Shown here: positions 40,210 through 53,089 of the stretch, one piece after another
How positions within the stretch are numbered: position 1 is the first letter of the stretch
How the letters are laid out: each line of letters opens with the position of its first letter
Assembly: GCA_964016885.1 (NCBI GenBank)
Contig: OZ024743.1
Span: forward strand, 16,740,001 to 16,804,000
Direction: 5' to 3'
Length of the DNA: 64,000 nt
From: Eledone cirrhosa
Taxonomy: Eukaryota
Program-made: the position numbers and the translations under genes
Notes under the pieces: model-generated
The model's database searches: none
Told to the model about the DNA's origin: nothing
The model's input: only the letters and a program-made list of their open reading frames with translations

Positions 40210-43200
40210 ATTTACAGACAAATACTCAGAGTAGGCCCATTCACTCGGGCCATACTTGCTTCTCTCACCCATCTTTCAACAAAATGCTAGGAAGAGAGCA
40301 CTTCTCTCTCTACCTTGATTTTCCTTTTCAAATGAAATTTGAAAAAGTTAATCAGGGCATCACCGAAGAGGTAAGTGCTCGTCTTCAGCCCTGTCAAACG
40401 TGTCCACCATATTATCTCAGACAGAGAAAAACTGCCTGCGCTTCCCGGCTAAAGGAAAAGGGCGGGGCAATCCTCACGATGGACTCAGCTGATAGCTGGA
40501 TCCATCCTACACGTGACAGCAGGTGTTCGACATAAACCCACAAGTCATCAATGCTCTGAAACTAGACGAGTGCGTGCAGGACGGTTTCGTCGACCTGCGC
40601 ACATCTCCGACATTCCCGGCTGACGGAACCTCCATGCTTGTAGAGTTTATCCCGAACTGGCAAAGCTCCTGGGTAGCACTGCCAGGCCATGGATCTCTGG
40701 AAGTTGTACATAGGCCCCGGCCCGAAAGTCCTTGAGAAGAGATTGGCTACTTGATTTTCGTCGACGCCTAGAGTTTCTCCAAGTACGTCGTCGCACTTCT
40801 CCTCCACTAATCCTTTATTGAACGCCAAGGTGGAGTTTCCACCGATCACATTGCCCGATTGGTCGAGGGCTGTGAGCGCCTGAAGACATTCCAGTCTCCA
40901 AGCGTTCCCTCTCGGTCTTCGCTTGACCCAGGACTGCAGCTCCGTCAAGTAGACGAGCTGGGGAAAGACGTGTCTAGCAAACGGCGACCAGTCCTTATCA
41001 CCGTCGAGGAAGAGGTGTAGATGTCGTAGCCTGAGCGCGTGTTTGCGCATCATCAGCCACGGCATGCCCATCCCTCCACGTAGCGGGTGTTGACAGCAGA
41101 TGGACCGCCTGACAATCGGAGCGCGTCCCTCCACAAAAAGCGAAAGAGCAAACGCTCCAGCGCTGTCAGGCGGGGCTTAGGACAAGGTACGACGGTCAGG
41201 CTGTAGTAGATGATGGACGCGATGTACGTCATAGCCACCTCCGCTCGACCTTTCAGGGATAGCTTCCTTTCCGCCCATTTCTGGGTGAGATACGCCATCC
41301 TGCTCGTCACCTCGTCCCAGTTTTTGTCCGTCTGGAGGTTCAGACCGAACCAGACCGCTGGCAATTTAACCGGTTCGTCCGTCAAGCGCCCGACGACGCT
41401 GTTGGATGGCAGGGACCTGCCTCTTCAGGTGCCGAGGTGGAGGCCCACTGACTTTTCCTGGTTGATCATTGCTCCTGTCAGCGCTTCGTATTCTCTTAGA
41501 CTAGTGAATATGTGTTTGGCGTTCAACATCACTACGGTGACATCGTCCGCATATGCTGACACGGATCTTCCGTATCCTAGTTCACGCGGGACACCCCTCA
41601 ACGTCTCCAGTTTGTGCAGTAATGGCTCGAGAGTCAATACGTACAAGAGGGACGAGAGCGGACATCCTTGGCGGACCGAGCGCATGAAGTTGAATGGTTC
41701 CGAAAGGTGACCATTCACTCTCACCACAGAGCAGATGTCGCTGTGCATGGCAGCGATCCAGCCTCTGAAGACGGGCCCAAAGCCAGCCGCCCTCAGGACT
41801 GCCGCAAGGTAACGCAGGTCGACCCTATCGAAAGCTTTCGACTGATCTAAATTGATCAAGGACCCACCCGTGCCAGGTTCCCTCGCTACCCTCTCTACGA
41901 TGTATCGCATGAGGTGGAGGTTGTCGTGGATTTATCTGTCGGGAATGGCGCACGTCTGCACCTCTCCCACCAGACCACCAACGACAAGCGCCAACCTCTT
42001 TGCTATCACCTTGGCCATCGGCTTTTCGCAACACTCAGCCTCAGTCGCCGAGAGCCGCGGCAGTCCGCCGAGGTAGACACTAAAGTCCATCCCTCGATTC
42101 GGCCCGCCGCTGCCCGCGAACAGCTGGGCGAAGTGTCACTGGAAAGCTTCACACATTTACCCGGGACGAGTAGCATGCGCCCGTCGTGGTCCAGCAAAGA
42201 AAGGATCGTGGCCACTCGGGCAGATTGAACGACTTTCGTCCCTTCGTGTCTTAGAGCAAGCACCCTAGCTCTGACACAACGCAGCCTTCGCGCTTTGCAT
42301 TGAAGAATTCGTCAAGGGCCAATTTCGCCGCATGTACGTCGGTCGCGATGCCTTTGCTAAGCGCCTCGTCTAATTTTTTAACTAATTCTCTCTCTGCTCT
42401 ATTTTTCTCTATTGGTAAAGCCTTACTAAACCTAATGGATTCTATTTTAATTGCTCTTTTCAGAGCAAACCACCACGTGTTGTTGACGATGGCCTCCGTC
42501 AACGCCCGCTTAACTAGTTCGCAAATCCGGTCTCTGTTGACCTTGCGCGCTGGTAAGGACGCGTTTAGCTTCCAGTAGCCTGGTCCTCGTTTATGAAGCC
42601 TATCTAAGTCAAGCACACAGATCACCAGTTTGTAGTCCGTGCAGCTGACTATCTTAAATTGTGGACAGCCTATGCTAGACCTATCTATTTCCCTACAAAA
42701 TACTCTATCTAGATATGATCTGGATGACCCTATGGGATTTTTCCAAGTCCACATTGGCACATTCGGGAAATCCAATCGGTACCTGTCAGACAGTTCAAAA
42801 CGCCTGAGCAGTTTGGTGAGACTCTTGCACCCTTCTCCCCTATCCGCTAATCCCACACAGTCTCACCGTGCATCTAAGATCCCGTTCCAGTCGCCCACTA
42901 ACACTAAAGAGCGGGACGTTCCAAGAAAGGTCTCCAACCGCCGGAAGAAATTAGGCCGCCCTGCTCCTGTCGGGGCATAGACGGCCACTAGCCTGAAAGC
43001 TTGCCCGTCTCCGCTGGTCACGTCCAGCACCACCAACTTACCTTCTGGGTCCAGGAAGATGGCCCGTATGGTGAGATCCAAACCTCTCCGAAAATGCACA
43101 GAAACTTCTCCCCCCGAGCCAGGACGGCTGGGAGATGCGTACACATCGTAGCCGCCGAAGATCGGTGCGAAGGCCTGTGCTTCGAATATTCTGGTCTCGT

Positions 43201-43301
43201 TGATGGCCACTACATCTATGTTTATTGACCTGAGGTCGTTGAGCAGGTGGCCCTGCTTCCAAACCACGCGCATTTATGCTGCCTATTCTGAGTGAGGTCA
43301 T
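40210..43301 (-). pseudogene. ORF2 (APE-RT) of Tx1 copy C
   Basis: LVGDWN, NLDQSKAFDRV, QGCPLS, SAYADDV, CRRCAQVDETVLHALV; lacks the segment equivalent to ~8900-9180 of copy A. Confidence 0.9.
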
Positions 43302-43617
43302 GTTGAAATCGAGTGGAAAAGATGGGAAAGACCACTTACCTTACTTCTCGTAGATGAAAGCGGTTTCTCCATCCTTTTCACTGCTTGTGGCCTCCTCAGG
43401 AAGGATGTCCTTATAAATCCTCCTGGAGAGTGCTTGTCGGAAGTTTCCGATGTCTTTGGGGATTTTTGTTTTAGTTTCATGTACGTTTTCTGTGTGATGC
43501 GAGTGATTTGTATGTGTGGAGGTGGTGTGAACTTTTAGGTTGTTGTGTACTCTTTTTCTGTGATGCTCGTGTTGTGTTGGATGTAGAGTAATAAGTGGTT
43601 GTTGTTCAAATTTAATG

Positions 43618-43732
43618 GATTCTACTTTAGGCACAAGGCCAGCAATTAACCAGTGCATTACTGGTACTTTATATTATCGACCCCTTAAGTATGAAAGGCA
43701 AAGTAAACCTCGGCGGGATTGAATCTCAGACC
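43618..43732 (-). mobile_element. tRNA-SINE insertion with a 17-bp target-site duplication
   Basis: TSD gttgttcaaatttaatg at 43601-43617 and 43733-43749, with the SINE core between them. Confidence 0.92.
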
Positions 43733-45596
43733 GTTGTTCAAATTTAATGCTGTGTATTGTGTATCGTTTTGGTTGTTTGGTTTTGTTTGAGTTTGTTGTG
43801 GGTTTGTTTCTTTTTCGCTTTTTAGCGACTTTTGTGGTGTTGGTGATGGTGGTGTTGGGGTTAATGATGGTGATGGTGTTGGTGTTTTTGGTGATGTGGT
43901 TGGTGCTGCTCAGTGTGGATGGTGGCATATCTGTCCTAACTTTTGTGCTTGATAGTTTATTTGTTTCCCACTGTATTTTGTTTTTGGAGGGGGAAGGAAG
44001 AGAATGATTTACTTTTTTTTCTTTTTTTCTTTTTTCCTGATACCGTTTTCCACTCCTCGTCGTCACAATCTGTCTCAAGTTATGATAGGTCGGGGAGTGG
44101 AAAATCATCCACAGGCGTTGGTTTTGGTTGTTGCGTGGTGGATGGTGTAGGCGCTGGTGCTAGTTCTGTCGCGTTGGGTGGTGGTGGTGTTGGTTTTGTT
44201 ACTGTTGCTGGGGTTGTTGCTGTTACACTTGCTTCTGTTGTTGCTGCCATCTCGCTGCTGGTGGTGTTGATGGTTGAGTCACTGGGGTGGGTGAGAGAGG
44301 TGGCCTCAACCTTTTAGCCTGAGGGCAGAAAGCTCTTAGTTGTGTTCCTTCACCACAAACGACGCACCTAGGCCTTCTGCTCTCGACGATTACGGTGAGG
44401 TGGCTGCCGTCAGTGAGGTCTATTACCTCTGGGATCTCCTCAATGCCTTTTTTCCGCTTGGATCAGGAGCTCCATCCCAGATCTGGAGCAGTGCTCCTGC
44501 TTTTCTTTCGCTATTTCGATTATCTTGGTGTTTGCTTCGATGCCGGCGAGGACGGCAGCTATTAGCCAGGGAACTTCGATGGCCGGTGGAACGTGGGTCA
44601 CCCTGATCTACACGAGTCTCTGGCCTCAATAGCTTGGGACGCGTGTGAAGTCGTCACTTCTTAATCGTGACATGGAGTGTTCTCTGGCCCCCTGTGGTAT
44701 TTCAAAGAACATGTCAACGGTTCCATATTTCTGTCCACGTCGGATGTGGATTTTTTTGCCCAGACATGTCCCAAAGCTTTGGGATTTGGGACTCGGATGC
44801 CTGTTCCACTCGGCGCGATTTTAAGTTGATTGTCCGATAAGACACGGTGCATAGGCGACGATGCTCCATTTTATTAGGTGGGTGGGGAGGGGTTGGGGGT
44901 TGACCCTGTACCCATCTTTCTTTACCATACTTTTGGCTTCTTCTAGTTCCTCCTGAGTTATCTGGATCGCTTCGCACTTTTTTGCTACTCTGGAAAAACT
45001 CAGGGTGGTTTCTTAATTTCATTGTTGTGGTTTGTTGTTATCGATATTTTTGTTATTATTAATTTTAGTTTCAGTTGTGGTGGTGGTGGCGTCAGTGGTG
45101 TTCGGTGTGGAAGAGTTCATTTTGGTTGAATTCATTTCGATATCACGAGTTAATTTATGTTTTTCTTTTGTTTCTGTTGTCGCTGTGGTGGGGTGGCGGC
45201 TTTAACACCTGCATTTATTTGTAATGGCGGGAAATGAATGTCTGCCTGAGACAAATTTACAATATTGCTTCTGCTTATATTTTTAGTGTTGGCGAACGTT
45301 GTCATAATTACAATGGTGTTGTCGGTGTGAGGTGATAGTTTGTGAGGAAGGCTCTGAGCTGCTTGGTGCAGCTGTGAGTCGGCCATGATTTTTTCAAAGA
45401 AATTTTTGAAAATTATAAAATTTTAGATTTTGGGCACAAGGCCCCAATCGTTTTGACTGTCCTTTTCACAAAACAATGTATGCGCACTTATATACAGTTA
45501 ACAATAAAAAAAATTCCATTACTGGCAATTTTACACAACTGAAAATAACAAAACCCTACGGAGCTCACGATAATACGATTTACTACGTATGTCGCC

Positions 45597-45645
<49 letters not shown>

Positions 45646-45647
<2 letters not shown>

Positions 45648-47342
45648 CCATTAATCACCTGTTCTACATGGATGACCTGAAACTATTTGCAAAAAATGAA
45701 GAACAATTGCAAAGGCTATTATCCACTGTGGAGCAGTTCAGTGATGACATTAAAATGGAGTTTGGACTAGATAAATGCGCCAAAGCAACGTTCACCAGAG
45801 GAAAGCTGCTGAAGAGTTCAGACATTAATCTTGATCGGTGGAACGTGATAAGAGAACTTGATCAAGAAAACACTTACAAATATCTAGGTGTTTGTGAAGG
45901 AGACGGAATCAAGCACTCGACAATAAGGGAAAGTATAAGGAAGGAATGTTACCGCAGAGTAAGAGCAATCTTAAGAACGGAATTGAATGCAAGGAATAGC
46001 ATCGATGCCATAAATACGCTTGCCATACCAGTAGTAACCTACAGTTACAATGTCATCAACTGGTCAAGCACAGAGATCCGTAGGCTCGATACAAAAATTC
46101 GAAAATTCTTAACCATGCACAGAATGCATCACCCTAATGCAGATATAGATAGAATATATCTCCCTAGGAAAGAAGGAGGACGTGGGTTAATCCAGTTAGA
46201 CATCGCGTTGAAAACTGCGACGATTGGATTATCTACATATCTAAGGGAATCACATGATTGGATGATCAAACTCGTTTTGAAACACGAAAGCATCAAAAGA
46301 TCATATTCCATTACAAAAGATGCACAACGATACAGTAATGGACTACAAATTTCAGAAGTCCCATTTACTGCTGAAATGGAAAACACAGAAAAAGCAAAGC
46401 AGGTAAAAGTAACTGCAAAGAAAGAACTGCTACAGAAACTGGCTGAGAAATGACAAGAAAAGCCTCTGTATGGAAAATACCCAGAGCGAGCTAACAATCC
46501 TGATGTTGACAAAACCTTAACCCATCAGTGGTTGGCATCCTCTGGACTGAAATCGGAGACTGAAGGACTGATTATATCAGCACAAGATCAGTGTCTGCCA
46601 ACAAAAAATTACCAAGCCAACATAATAAAAAATGGATGCAGCCCATTATGCCGTGTATGCAAAAAACAACCAAAGGCCATTGACCATATCATTTCAATGT
46701 GCAGTCCTATAGATCCAACCGAATACCTAAACAGGCATGACATACATTGGATAATGTGTAAGCATTTTGACCTGCCCCATCAAAAGAATTGGTGGGAGCA
46801 TCAACCACCTCCCATACTTGAAAAAGATCACATCTCAATCTTGTGGAACTTTAGCATCCAAACACACCGAAAAATAGATGCAAATAGACCTGATATAATA
46901 TTGAAGGACTTTCAAAGGAGGGTATGCCTGCTAATTGATATGTATGTTCCAATAGACAAGAATGTATCTATAAAAACATTTGAAAAATTGAGCAAGTATA
47001 AGGACCTGGAGATAGAAATTGGAAAAATGTGGAAATTGAGAACTAAAACAATACCAGTGGTTGTAGGCGCTCTGGGAATGATACCTAAGGGGTCTATTGA
47101 TTACTTATCGCAAATCCCAGGAAACCCGCGTATAGGAGAAATACAAAAGATTGTACTAATGGGAACTGCCCATATACTAAGGAAGATTTGTCAATATAAG
47201 TACATCACAAGTCTATACACTAAAGATGCATGTGTGAGTATGTATGTTCTTTCTTGAACATGGCGGACCTTGTTGTCTCTTGAGGTCACTGGTTGTGACT
47301 TGGTGATAACTCGTATGAACATAAAGCAAGATAAATGCAACT

Positions 47343-47343
<1 letters not shown>
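45646..47343 (+). mobile_element. 5'-truncated R4/Dong-type LINE (family A)
   Basis: HLFYMDDLKL, YKYLG, EGGRGL, CRVCKK..IDHIISMC, NRPDIILKD..LIDM..P..EKLSKYKDL; (AAT)n on both sides. Confidence 0.93.
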
Positions 47344-47382
<39 letters not shown>

Positions 47383-48369
47383 GGGAAGAAGATGCACGAG
47401 GTGGTAGAAGGTCATGAAATCGCTCCCGTAAGTTTTTTATTTTTAACATATTTAAATCAATTGTGAAATATCAATTCTTAGTACAAATGTTGCATAAACC
47501 ACCGAATCAAGTCCGATAAAATTTCGGATCCATATTATATTGTTATATCGCTCAAATATTCAATTTTGTATTATATATTTTGTATTCAAAAAAGAAAATG
47601 GTTATAAATGGAAGAAAACACCCTCTGTCTACACTATATAGAACAGCCAAATAACAGCAATTTCACCAACACCAGAAACTTGATACACCACCTACCCCAT
47701 CACACTAAATATAACAACCAGATAACGGCAATTTCACCACCACCACCACCAATCCCAGCATCATAATAATAATTACTATTATTATTGTCTCAGTTTTAAC
47801 AAAATGTTTAATTCCAATGTTACAGGAATATGTCAACACAATATGTATTAAACATACGCGACACACACTCATAGATACTACATATCACAAAACTCAGTAA
47901 CGACAACGCCACCGCCGCCACCACTCCATCCATCATTGCTACCACTATCCCATCACCGCCGCCACCACTCCTTCATTGCTACCACCACTATTCCCCTGTT
48001 AACTTGAGAGAGAAAGGGGAATGTGGCGGTATCACTAGACAAGGGAGAGGCTAGCAAAAGATATAAATAGATTGACTTAGTGACCTGGCCACCGGCCAAA
48101 CGTCAACATCAACAACTATGGCACTGCTGGCTCACCCCTTCCTCACCAACAATATAAAAATCCCCAGCACCACCACGGACATTGCCAACAACAATAACAG
48201 GCAACTTCAGCAAAAAGTATATTATATTATTGTAATGCACTGGGTGATTGCTGGCCTTGTGCCTGGAGTGGAGACAATTATTAATAATTTCATTCTTAAG
48301 CCACGCAATGCTCACATTAAGGAACCACTCATGATAATAACAATTTAAAAAAAAACAACAAAAAGAAAA

Positions 48370-51300
48370 CCCCGTGACCAAGAAATACCGGGATGGCGGC
48401 CGGCGGGGAATAGCCGTGTCTCTAGAGGAGAACGACCCCTCTAGTCTTGGTTGACACTCGTTCTAGAAGTGGTAACACGAAATGATTACCCCTTGGCGGA
48501 TAAGGATAAAACGCGACAAAATAAAGTAATAAAATCTCATACCGGATCGGCCGTCACCCGGGTAAATTACGGCCGCGTCCCTCAGAGTGGAACCAGACTG
48601 GGGTCGAAAAATCATCTAATGGTTCAAACCTTCCCATCACTTTGGAGCTGGAGACCTCCCATAACCGGAATACTCCTACTGTTGGCCCTCCATGCTCACC
48701 ACCAAGAAATCCAAAGAAAAAGAGAGAAAAATGGTCAAGGGAAGATAATAAAGAAGTCCTTGAGGCTTTCTATACTGCCATGTACTACCCATCAAATACA
48801 TCGAATACAGAACAGACATATATCAACTGGAAAAAGAAACATCCCGAAAACAGAGACTATATTGACAGCAACAATCTAGCCAATATACGAAGAAATATTG
48901 TAAGAAAAAAGTTACTAACTGCTATAGAAATTTATCACATCAAGCTATTAGCACAAAGTCAGCGGAGGGAAAATGAAACATGTGTCAGTGAAAACGAGGT
49001 AAATTGTAACACTTCGAATCCCAGGGTTGGGGCGGAATCACTGGCAACACAACAAATTAAAGAAAGGATCGAAAAAGTGGAGGGAGTGCATGCTCAAGAC
49101 GAAACTCCAAATGAAAATAATGAGATCGTAAATGATAAAGAAATGAATGGGAATGAACTTGCCAAATTGAAGGATGAAATTATGATCGAATGGATGAAAA
49201 TGAAAGAATCTGACATGGGGGAACGAGACACCCTCCCTAAGATCCAGATCTCCAAACAGAACCAAAAGATAATACACAAGACTAACATAATTCTCAAAAA
49301 CATTATCATCACAAACAAACTAAACATTACTGATTTAAATCATCTCTATTATGCATCGGCTAAAGTTACCACTCACATATGTGGAGAGTGAAGATGAAAA
49401 ATAAAGGAATTCCCACAAGAAATCTACTTGGCGAGAGAACATCAGTCGCCAAATAAACCTTCTCCGATCTGACATAGAAATGTTAACAAACTATAAAGTA
49501 GGTGAACATGTTAAACAAACTAAACTTAGAAAATAGAAAATAAAGTACAGTATAAAATCACCAAGTGACATAGACATGCTGATAGAAATAATCAAGCAAA
49601 AAGTGTCGGCCAAAGCTGCTCGTATAAGGCGCTTTGAAAAACGATCTAGATTCTATAAGGACAATAATATGTTCAAAAACAACCAAAGAAACTTCTACAG
49701 AAAAATTGGTAAGTCGACAATAACGGCTAAATCAATACCACCCAAGGAGGAAGTGCAAGAATTCTGGGAAAAGATCTGGGCCGAAGAAAAAGTTCATAAC
49801 ATACATGCCCCATGGATAGACAGACAAATGAAAGATACAGCTCACCTTGAGGAACAAATATGGGAAAATATAACGGTTGAACAGTTGCGCTTGGCTCTAA
49901 GAAAAACCAGCAAATGGAAATCCCCAGGAAAAGACAAAATACAAAACTTTTGGATAAATGCCTTCACAGAGTCTCATGAGCTGTTAGCCCAACTTTACAA
50001 TGAAATAGTTAAGGAGCCAGAAAAGATACCATCATGGCTAGTTAACGGCATTACATTCCTGCTTCCGAAGAATGATGAGACAAACAATCCCAAAAATTAC
50101 AGTCCGATAACTTGCTTGACCACAATGTATAAAATTTTAACATCAGTCCTAACTGAATACACATATGACCACCTGATAACAAATGACCTATTTCCCATTG
50201 AGCAGAAAGGGTATAAATGAGGCTCATATGGCTGTAAGGATCAGCTTCTGGTTAACAAAATGATACTGGAAGATTGTCATAATAGACACAAAAATCTATC
50301 GATTGCTTGGATAGTTTATAAAAAAGCATTCGATAGTTTGCCACACAGTTGGATTGAAAAATGTTTAGAGATTTTCAAAACATCCCCCGTTGTCAGGAGC
50401 TTTTTGTCATTCAGTATGAAGACATGGAAAACGACACTCCTTTTCAATAGTGAAACAAAATCACTGGAAGCTGGAGAAGTTAATATTAATTGTGGAATTT
50501 TTCAGGGTGACTCTTTATCACCGCTTTTATTCTGCATCGCACTTATAACATTAAGTAAAATGCTCAATGAAACAAAATATGTATATAAAGTCTATGACAA
50601 AACAGTTAATCACTTGTTCTACATGGATGACCTGAAACTATTTACAAAAAATGATGAACAATTGGAAGGGCTATTATCCACTGTGGAGCAGTTCAGTGAT
50701 AACATTAAAATGGAGTTTGGACTAGATAAATGCGCCAAAGCAACGTTCACCAGAGGAAAGCTGCTGAAGAGTTCAGACATTAATCTTGATCGGTGGAATG
50801 TGATAAGAGAACTTGATCAAGAAAACACTTACAAATATCTAGGTGTTTGTGAAGGAGACGGAATCAAGCACTCGACAATGAGAGAAAGGATAAGGAAGGA
50901 ATGTTACCGCAGAGTAAGAGCAATCTTAAGAACGGAATTGAATGCAAGGAATAGAATCGATGCCATAAACACGCTTGCCATACCAGTCGTAACCTACAGT
51001 TACAATGTCATCAACTGGTCAAGCACAGAGATCCGTAGGCTCCATACAAAAATTCGAAAACTCTTAACCATGCACAGAATGCATCACCCTAAGGCAGATA
51101 TAGATAGAATATATCTGCCTAGGAAAGAAGGAGGACGTGGGTTAATCCAGTTAGACATTGCGTTGAAAATGCCGTGTATGCAAAAAACAACCAGAGACCA
51201 TTGACCATATAATTTCAATGTGCAGTCCTATAACTCCAACCGAATACCTAAACAGGCATGACAGAGCTGCACAATACATACATTGGATAATGTGTAAGCA

Positions 51301-51880
51301 TTTTGAACTGCCCCATCAAAAGAATTGGTGGGAGCATCAAACACCTCCCATACTTGAAAAAGATCACATCTCAATCTTGTGGAACTTTAGCATCCAAACA
51401 GACCGACAAATAGATGCAAATAGACCTTATATAATATTGAAGGACTTTAAAAAGAGGGTATGCCTGCTAATTGATATGTCTGTTCCAATAGACAAGAATG
51501 TATCTATAAAAACATTTGAAAAATTGAGCAAGTATAAGGACCTGGAGATAGAAATTGGAAAAATGTGGAAATTGAGAACTAAAACAATACCAGTGGTTGT
51601 AGGCGCTCTGGGAATGATACCTAAGGGGTCTAATGATTACTTATCGCAAATCCCAGGAAACCCGCGTATAGGAGAAATACAAAAGATTGTACTAATGGGA
51701 ACTGCCCATTTACTAAGGAAGATTCTGTCAATATAAGTACATCACAAGTTTAAACACTAAAGATGCATGTGTGAGTATGTATGTTCTTTCTTGAACATGG
51801 CGGACCTTGTTGCCTCTTGAGGTCACTGGTTGTGACTTGGTGATAACTCGTATGAACATAAAGCAAGATAAATGCAACTG
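48370..51880 (+). mobile_element. Near-full-length R4/Dong-type LINE (family A), disrupted, with a ~430-bp internal deletion
   Basis: N-terminal KWSREDNKEVLEAFY; RT WKSPGKD, PITCLTTMYK, KKAFDSLPH, GIFQGDSLSPLLF, YMDD; RLE domain; 3' UTR matches the 45646 copy; (TAA)n tail; lacks the equivalent of 46215-46648. Confidence 0.93.
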
Positions 51881-52022
51881 TAATAATAATAATAATAATA
51901 ATAAATATAATAGAAGAAAAAGAAGAAGAAATATGAGGAGGAGGAGGAAGTGGAGGAGGATTAGGCGTAGGAGGAGTAGGAGGAAGAGGAGAATGCGGAG
52001 GAGGGGGTGCAGTAAAACCTGG

Positions 52023-52173
52023 TTATTAAAATAACAGATTAAAGTTTAAGCAAAGAATCGCTGCTTTCACCCTTAACGGGATCTTCTGAAACTAACTAAC
52101 TTAGTTTCAGAAGATCCCGTTAACGGTGAAAGTAGCGATTCTTTGCTTAAACTTTAATCTGTTATTTTAATAA
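52023..52173. repeat. 151-bp palindrome of two divergently oriented hammerhead-like units (73-bp arms, 5-nt spacer)
   Basis: 52023-52095 is the reverse complement of 52101-52173 with 2 mismatches; each arm matches ~32350-32422. Confidence 0.93.
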
Positions 52174-53089
52174 ATAAATATATATAGATATATATATATA
52201 TAAGACACCTTAGGGAAAGAATGGCATTGGAAAAAATGAAGACAGAAATTGAACTTCTTAAATTGAGGGCCCAGACAAATGAGGAAAAAACAAAACCATC
52301 GATGAAGAGATCCTCCTGGAAATAAACAATAAAACTGAAGGCCCCGTGAAGATCTCTAAATTATGGAAAGGGCAACAGAGAAGAACTGAAATCCCTTCAA
52401 CGCTGGGAAAAAAGGGCCGCTTGGTTCCTACACTATGAACAGACTTTTCAAACGGATTACACCTCCAATAACCCGTACATAAAAATAGGAAATCCCATAA
52501 CCGAACCGCACAACAACTTCGCAATCTCCCAAGCCACTAACAAACGAAGAAGGAATCACCACACCGAATATGAACTTCCCAACCTCGCTACCATAAGAAG
52601 GAACAAAAACTCTAGAAATCATCTCCACTAGAATGACATTTACAATTTGTCCCCTTCAAGGCGACACCATACCAAATCACTCAACTACTACGCGGATGCC
52701 TCATCGTCAAACACAGGGAAAAGATACCACCACCATGATAGATGTAACAACTTCCCCGCTTCAAGAGCACAGCAAGGTAATTTCTATTTTCTCAACTCTC
52801 GCTTCCACAATACACAACATACCCACACCATACGATACAACCAACAACGTAGGCCACCTATAACACCACAATCCAACATGGCACATAGAAACACACACCC
52901 ATACTCGCAATACAGGAACACCCCATTCAATCTACAACCACCAACCCGTACCACATTTTACAACAACAAGGAATATAACAAACGCAGGAGACCACTTAAC
53001 ATCAGCAGACAACCCCTCTATCCCAACCATTTTTTACACACGGCATACAGATACAGGAAAACAAAATAACACAAGACAGGGAGAAGAAA

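Larger units (their letters stand above)
39963..45596 (-). mobile_element. Near-full-length L1/Tx1-clade LINE, copy C (disrupted; deletion in the RT N-terminus; SINE inserted in ORF1)
   Basis: ORF2 from 43301 (MTSLRIGSINARGL...) closely similar to copy A, with AYADD; ORF1 from 45386; (AAT)n on the plus strand at both ends. Confidence 0.93.

Noticed and set aside
51807-52034. Arg-rich protamine-like ORF
   Set aside because: It is read from the Dong 3' UTR, its (AAT)n tail and an (AGG/AGA)n low-complexity tract.
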